Positions 56,508 to 64,000 of a stretch of 64,000 nt of DNA are shown here, piece by piece. How positions within the stretch are numbered: the stretch's first letter is position 1; the number at the start of each line of letters is the position of its first letter. The translations under genes were made by a program, and so were the position numbers. Source of the stretch: the human T2T-CHM13v2.0 reference genome, Homo sapiens; assembly GCF_009914755.1 (NCBI RefSeq), contig NC_060938.1; one strand, given 5' to 3'. Under the pieces are notes generated by a model, which was not told the origin of the DNA, did not search any database, and saw only the letters and a program-made list of their open reading frames with translations.

Positions 56508-58761
56508 CTTTGTAACCTGGGTTAGCTATTGCATAATAATGCGACTGAACTCAGCTGGGGCACCTCTGCTCTAAGTGTCCTTCATCTCCTTGGACCAGTA
56601 CAAAAATATACCCCACTCCTTTGGTAGAAGGGAATGTAAATCCACATGGCAAAGGATGGGGATATAGACAATGGAAAGTTTTGGGACCAATAATGTACTC
56701 TTCCACACTAAATACTACTAAAAATTTAGATGCAATAAGAGGAGATATATTTGACTGTTGAAAAAAAAACCTTGCATGCATATACACAGTAAGCAAACTA
56801 AAATACAAGTGATAACCCAGAAACATGGTTGCAACTTACATCACAGATTAAAGGCTAATACTCCTAATTTATAAACATAAAAATAGAGAATCTCCTGTAG
56901 ACCACTGTAGAAGAGATATGAGCAGACAGTTGACAGAAAAAATGCAAATGTCTCTCAAACGTGAAAAGATGCTCAACTTTCCATATAGTCGATTGATTTT
57001 CACAGCAACCTAATGAGTAGATATTCTCATCATCCCCATTTAAGAGACAAAGAAACTGAGTCATAAAGATGTGAAGTATTATGCTTGAACACAAAAAGCT
57101 AAGAAGTAATGGTGCCAGGATTTGAACCCAGTCAGACTGGCTCTAGATGAAAGACTAATTTACCATGGCTAAATGAGGCTTATTTCAGGAATGCAAGGAT
57201 CATTTAATATTAGGAATAGCTGGGTGTTTCCTTAATGTGATAAAATATATTTATCTCATCCAAAGCCTGCGTCATGCTTAATTGAGAATACCAGAAGCAA
57301 TTTCATTGAAGTCAGGAACAAGAAAAAGATGTCCACTAATTATCACTATTATTTAAAAATGTTCTGTAAGACTTAGGCGAAACAATTAAGTGAAAGAAAT
57401 TAAAGATACAGAAATGAGAAGAGAAGAGAAAATTATAATTTTAAGATGATACTGAGTTTTTTACTTAGAAACTAAAGAAGACTAACCAGACCTTACAAAA
57501 TAAGAATTTAATAAATTAATTTTCAGAAATCAATAGCTTTTATAGATACAATGTCTAATTTCAAGCTCTAAGGGAAGAAAAGACCCATGTTGTAATAGCA
57601 CAAAACATAAATGATAACATAGGAATAAACACAAGAAATATTATTTGTAGAAAATGTTAAAATGCTAATGAGAGATGAAACAAGACCCAAACAAACGGGA
57701 AGATACACCACGTTCTCTCATAGAAATACGCAGCATCATAAAGATATCACTTCTCTCGATTTACAAATGTAATGTGATCTTCAATAAAAATACCAATAGA
57801 ATTGAAAAAAATTATATAAATTAATTCTAAAGTTCATATTAAAAAAAGATAGAGGGAGACTACTAGATATTAAAATTTATACATCTACAGCAATTAAAAC
57901 AGAGTAGTAATAATTTGTGAGTAGTCATACAGATGAGTGGAACAGAACAGTTCAAAAATAGATCTAAATACTTACGAGAATTGAGAATATGATAAAGATG
58001 GCTTTTCAATCAGTGGAAAAAAGATTAGTCAGCAAATGGGGTGGGAACTCCTAGGTAGGGCTCTGGTGAAAAAAGTTAAGTTGGATCTATACTTCACCTC
58101 TTATACCAGGACAAATTACAGACAGTCTAAAGATTTAAACGTAAAAAATAATAATTTTTCTAAAAGTACAAAAAAAAAAAAAAAAAGGAAAGTTATTTTA
58201 TAACCTAAGACTGGGGAAGGCCTTTCTAAGTATGACACAAAACCCAGAAGCCATAAAAGAAAAGATTGCTGGATTAGACTTCACAGAGAGAAAACATTTC
58301 ATCATGGCAGTAGCACCATAAGCAAATGCAAATGAGAACTTGGGCAAGAAATGTGTAACTCTGCCAAGATGAGGGCCTAAGTTATCTAAAATAGAAAGAG
58401 TCCCTATCAATAAAAAGGAAAACACATTAGCAATCCAGTATAAAAATGGGCAAAGGAGATTAACAGAGACATGTAATAGAAGAGAAAATACAAATAACTT
58501 TGAAGCATACGAAAATGCTTAATAATAGAAGTTTTTCACCTACCAAAAATAATAAAGTTTGTTAACACGCTATAATGGCAAATGTGTAGTTAAATAGATG
58601 CTCTCATACATTGTATAAACTAGTGCCAAGTATAAAGAGTTGGCAGTATCTTATTAAAATTACAAAGGTTCATTACATTTTTAAACCCAGCAATCCTAGG
58701 AATTTGTCCTACAGATACAATTGTATCTATACATGTGAAATAACGTATGTCAACATAAAAA

Positions 58762-59263
58762 TGTATAGAAAGATGAATCTCTAAGTAAAAAGGTTTTATT
58801 GGGGAGTAATACACAAGATGTGGGATTGCAATCCAGGTCATACATACAGACAGACCCAGGTGTCCTCCAGTATGTCCAGAGAAAAGGAAAAGGTTAGGGT
58901 TTTACTGGGGAAAGAGGAGGTTATACAAGTCGTTCTGAAAGAAAGTCATTGGAGGGGATAGTGTCTTTTGGGAGCTGGCAAGTGCTGATTTGTGAGTGGT
59001 GGCAGTTATTGGGTGAAATTTGTGATCTTAAAATTATGTTTTGTTTGATTGGCCTTGCATATGAGTCAATGTGTCAGGCAAGTGTTCTTAGAAAAGTGAT
59101 TAGCTGCCCTGCTGTCCTTGTGTGACTTAAGTTGGTAAGCTTTGATTCGTTTCTGTTATCAGGCAAATCGTGCATGAAATCCCTCCTTTCATAGCCTTCC
59201 CTGGCTCCACGTTGTCAGGGTTTGACACAAGTGACTCCATTTTGAATCTGACAACTTTTGCAT
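58762..59263 (-). mobile_element. ERV1-class solo LTR (MER34/MER4-group-like)
   Basis: Reverse complement begins tgcaaaaagttgtcagattcaaaatggagtcacttgtgtcaaacc. ~500 bp with TG...CA ends. Confidence 0.6.
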
Positions 59264-61488
59264 GAGCAGGACTAACCATTAGAATTCACCAGAGGTTAGT
59301 CAGCTTCAGTCCTCACACAAGGAAGGCAATTACACAAGGCTTTAATACCAGGAGGTTGGTCATTTGAGGTCATCTTAAAGAGGCTGCCTAACACATGGGT
59401 AAATATTTTAAAAACCTAACTATATCTGGCTTTCAAGAGGCATACTTTGAGTGTTAAGAGAAAAATTGAAAGTAAAAGGATGATAAAAAACACACCAACC
59501 AAGAAAAGGCTGATATAGCTATACAAATATCAGTTGAGATAAATGTAAGTCAAGAAGCATTACTAAGGACACAAAGGAACATTTCATAGAGATAAAAAGA
59601 TAAATCTACCAGAAAGATAGAGTTTGTATTTTAATGCAACTAATAATATAGCTTCAAAATATAGAAAACAAAATTACAGACCTAGAAGTACCTGATAGTA
59701 CAAGTAGTGATTAATAATATGGATGATTACAATAAAATGAATAATAAATTTAACCTAATTAATGTCCATAGAATACTATAACCAGCAGTGTCAGAAGAGG
59801 TATTCTTTCCAAGCACCCATTGAATTTTTACCAGAATTTATCATATGCTGGTCTTTAAAGTAAGTCCCAACAAATTCCAAAGGGTAAATCACCTAAAATA
59901 TGTTCTCTGACCAAAGTGAAATTACTCTAAAAATCAATTTTTTAAAAACCCCAGCAGAGCCTGAAATATTTAGAAATTAAACATTACAATTCTAAATTAT
60001 TGATAGTTCAAAAATAAATTGCAGTAGATGTTAGACAATATTTGGAACTATATGGCAATTTTTAAATGACATCAAAACTTGCATAAAAAAGGCTAAAAGT
60101 CAGTCTAAGTACGCATCTCAAAAAGTAGAAAAAGGATAGCAACAAACCCAGAGATTGGTTCTCTGAAAAGACTAATAATATTGATAAACCTCTAGCAAGA
60201 CTGATTTAAAAAAAAAAAAGTCAAAAAAATGAGAACATAAGCCCCAGGCTGGGATAAAATGTTTGCAAAAGACACATCTGATAAAGGACTGTTATCCAAA
60301 CTGTAAAAAGAACTCTTAAAACTCAGCAATAAGAAAAAAAAAAAAGCCCTAAATTAAAAAGTGGACAAAAGATCTGAACAGACACCTCACCAAAGAAGAT
60401 ATACAGATGGAAAATAAGCATATGAAAAGATGCTCATCAGAATAAAATAATAATGAGATGCCATGACATACCTATTACAATGGTGATTTTCCAAAACACT
60501 GACAACACCAAATGCTGGTGAGCATGTGGAGCAACAGGAACGCTAATGGGAATTAGCTAATGGGCATGAAAAATGGCACAGCTATGATGAAAGACGGTTT
60601 GGCAGTTTCTTGCAAAACTAAGCATGCTCTTACCATACAATCTAGCAATGATGCTTCCTGGTATTTATCCAAATGAGCTGAAAACTATGTCCACAGAAAG
60701 ACTGCACACAGATGTTTATAGCAGATTTATTTGTAATTGCCCAAGATGTCTTTCAGCAGGTAAATGGATAAACAATCTGGTACATGCAGGCAATGGAATA
60801 TTATTTAACTCTAAAAAGAAATGATCTATCCAGCCATGAAAAGAAATAGAGGAAATTTAAATGCATATTGCTAAGTGAAAGAAGCCAATCTGAAAAGGCT
60901 ACCTACAGTATGATATCATCTATATGAACAGGCAAAATTATGGGGACAGTAAAAAGATGAATTGTTGCCAAGGGTTAGATGGGAAGGAGAGGTGAATAGG
61001 CAGAGCACAGAAGATTTTTAGGGCAGTGAAAATACTCTGTATGATACTACAATAATGGATAAATGCCATTATACATTTATCAAAACCCATAGAATGTATA
61101 ACACTAATAGTGAACATTAGTGTATCAACTATGGACTTTGGATGATAAAGATGTGTAACTGTTTTATGATAATGTGTTGATTGTAACAAATGTATCACTC
61201 TGGTGAGGAAGGCTGTGCATGTGTGGGGGAAGAAGGTATATGGGAATTCTCTGTACTCCTGCTCAATTTAGCTGTGAATCCAAAACTACTCTAAACTCTA
61301 TTTTAAAAATAGAAAAAAGGCACAGATTACCAATATAAAACCCCAGAAAAAGCCTGGGATTTTTTAAAACCCCAAACCTTCATATTCTAAGAATGTAATA
61401 TGAAGAACTTTCTGTCAGCAAATCAGAAAATCCACATGAAATGGAATTTCTAGGAAAATACAATTTACCAGCTCAAGAGTAAATAGAA

Positions 61489-61811
<323 letters not shown>

Positions 61812-61838
61812 TTATATCTGTTTAAGAAGTTGAATCTG

Positions 61839-62238
<400 letters not shown>

Positions 62239-64000
62239 CTAGTCTTATACAAACTGTTTGAAATAATACAAAAAGAAAAATAATTCCCAATTCACTTTGA
62301 GGCTACCATAATTTTAATACCAAAGGGTGGCAGGTTCATTACAAGAAAGGAAAATTATAGGCCACTATATCTAATGAACATACTTATAAATATCTTAAAG
62401 AAAATATTAGAAAGTAAAGTTCAGTGAATTATTTATTTTAGGAATGCAAGATTTTGGCTTAACATCACAAAATCAGTGTTTTCAACCCATTCAACTGGAT
62501 TTATTTTCAACAAACTATCTGGGACAACTGGATATCCACATGCGAAATAATGAAGTTGGATCCCTCTTTATACAATATGCAAAATTAACTAAAAACATAT
62601 CAAAGACCTACACATAAGGGCTAAAACTAGAAAACATTTAGAAGAAAACAAATGCATAAATCTTCATGACCTTGGATGAGGTAATGGTTTATTAGATATG
62701 ACACCACATGCACAAGCAACTGAAGAAAAAATAGATAAATAAGCCTTTATCAAAATTTAAAATTTTTTGCTTCAAAAAGACACTGTCAAGAAGATGAAAC
62801 GACGACCACAGAATGGGAGAAAATATTTGCAAATCATATATTGGATAAGGGTCTGATATCCAGAATATATAAAGAACTCTTATGACTCAACAACCAAAAG
62901 GTAAACAATCCAATTTAAAAATGGGCAAAAAGACTCGAGTAAGCATTTCTCCAGAGAAGATGTAGGCATGGCCAACAAGCACACGAAAAGATGCTCAACA
63001 TCATTAGTCACTGAAGAAACACTGAAACTACAAGATGCCACTTTACACCCATTCCTAGACAGTTAAAAACTTATGTACCCCCAAAAGCTTGTACACAAAT
63101 GTTCATTTTAGCCTTATTTACAATAAACTAAAAGTGAAAACCACCCAAGTACCTATCAACTGATGAATGGTAAACAAAATGTGGTATATCTGTACAATAA
63201 AACATCATTCTGCCATGAAAAGACTGAAGTACTGATTCATGTGGCAACATGGATTAACTTTGAGAATATTATGCTAATTGAAAAACACCAGACAGAAAAG
63301 GCCATATTCCACTTACATGAAATGTTCAGAATAGGCAAATCCATAGAGACAGATATTGCAGACAGGCAGTAGATTAGTAGCTGCCAATGGGAAAAGGGGA
63401 ATGGGGAAGGACTGCTAGTAGGTATGAGGTTTCTTTCTGGAGTGATGAAAATGTTCCGGAGTTATATGGTAATCATTGCACAACTTTGTGAATATACTAA
63501 AAACCACTGAATTGTACTCTTTAAAATGATGACTTTCAAGATATACGAATTATGTTTCCATTTAAATATTAGTGTATTTCACTACATTAGCATCGTAAGG
63601 CAGAAAAAATATCTCAATAGAATGATGCAGAAAAAGCATTTGATAAAATCAAATACTTATTCATAGTGAACACTTAACACACTAGGAATAGAAGGAAACA
63701 TCTTTAAATTGGTAAAGATCAGTAAAAATCTTACAGGAAATATCATAGTTAATAGTGAAATATTAAAAGCTTTCACCTTGAGATTAGGAATATTTCCTAA
63801 TACTATTTCTATTAAACATTGTACTAGAGATCTTAACCATTGCAATAAGGCAAGGAAAAGAAGTTACAGACTGCAAAGCATATGATTGTTTATGTAGAAC
63901 ATCCAAAAGAATCTATGGTCAATTAAATTTATTAGAAATAAGTAAATTTGGCAAGGCTACTGGATTCACGTTTACTCTACAAAAATCAATGATATTTTTA

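Overview
Human (primate) genomic DNA, rich in Alu, L1, MaLR and MER repeats. It contains the 3' half of a spliced + strand gene that I recognise from the spliced translation as GPATCH2L (C14orf118, the G-patch-less paralogue of GPATCH2). Nine coding exons have GT-AG boundaries and consistent phases: 5809-5873, 10989-11165, 12692-12771, 15763-15830, the alternative pair 17032-17071 / 17128-17182, 19909-19994, 35038-35132, and 40853-41013 (stop). A long 3' UTR follows, then an L1-dominated stretch from about 51 kb to the end. The 5' exons lie upstream of the window. Most ORFs in the supplied track are repeat-derived or chance. The most interesting structure is the 17.0-17.2 kb cassette. It has two same-phase exons separated by only 56 nt (a mutually exclusive layout) behind a ~190-nt AG-free pyrimidine tract. 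Retaining the 56-nt spacer is also in frame and would add a transmembrane-like helix. Other candidates: alternative C-termini at the junction where GPATCH2 carries its G-patch exon, a stop-less 390-nt back-splice circle flanked by inverted Alus, palindromic transcription-factor site clusters, two re-used retrotransposon target sites, and a young L1 fragment whose target-site duplication (TSD) supplies an in-frame ATG. I found no evidence of a wholly new biological system. Repeat subfamily names and gene identity come from recalled consensus and protein sequences, not from a database search.
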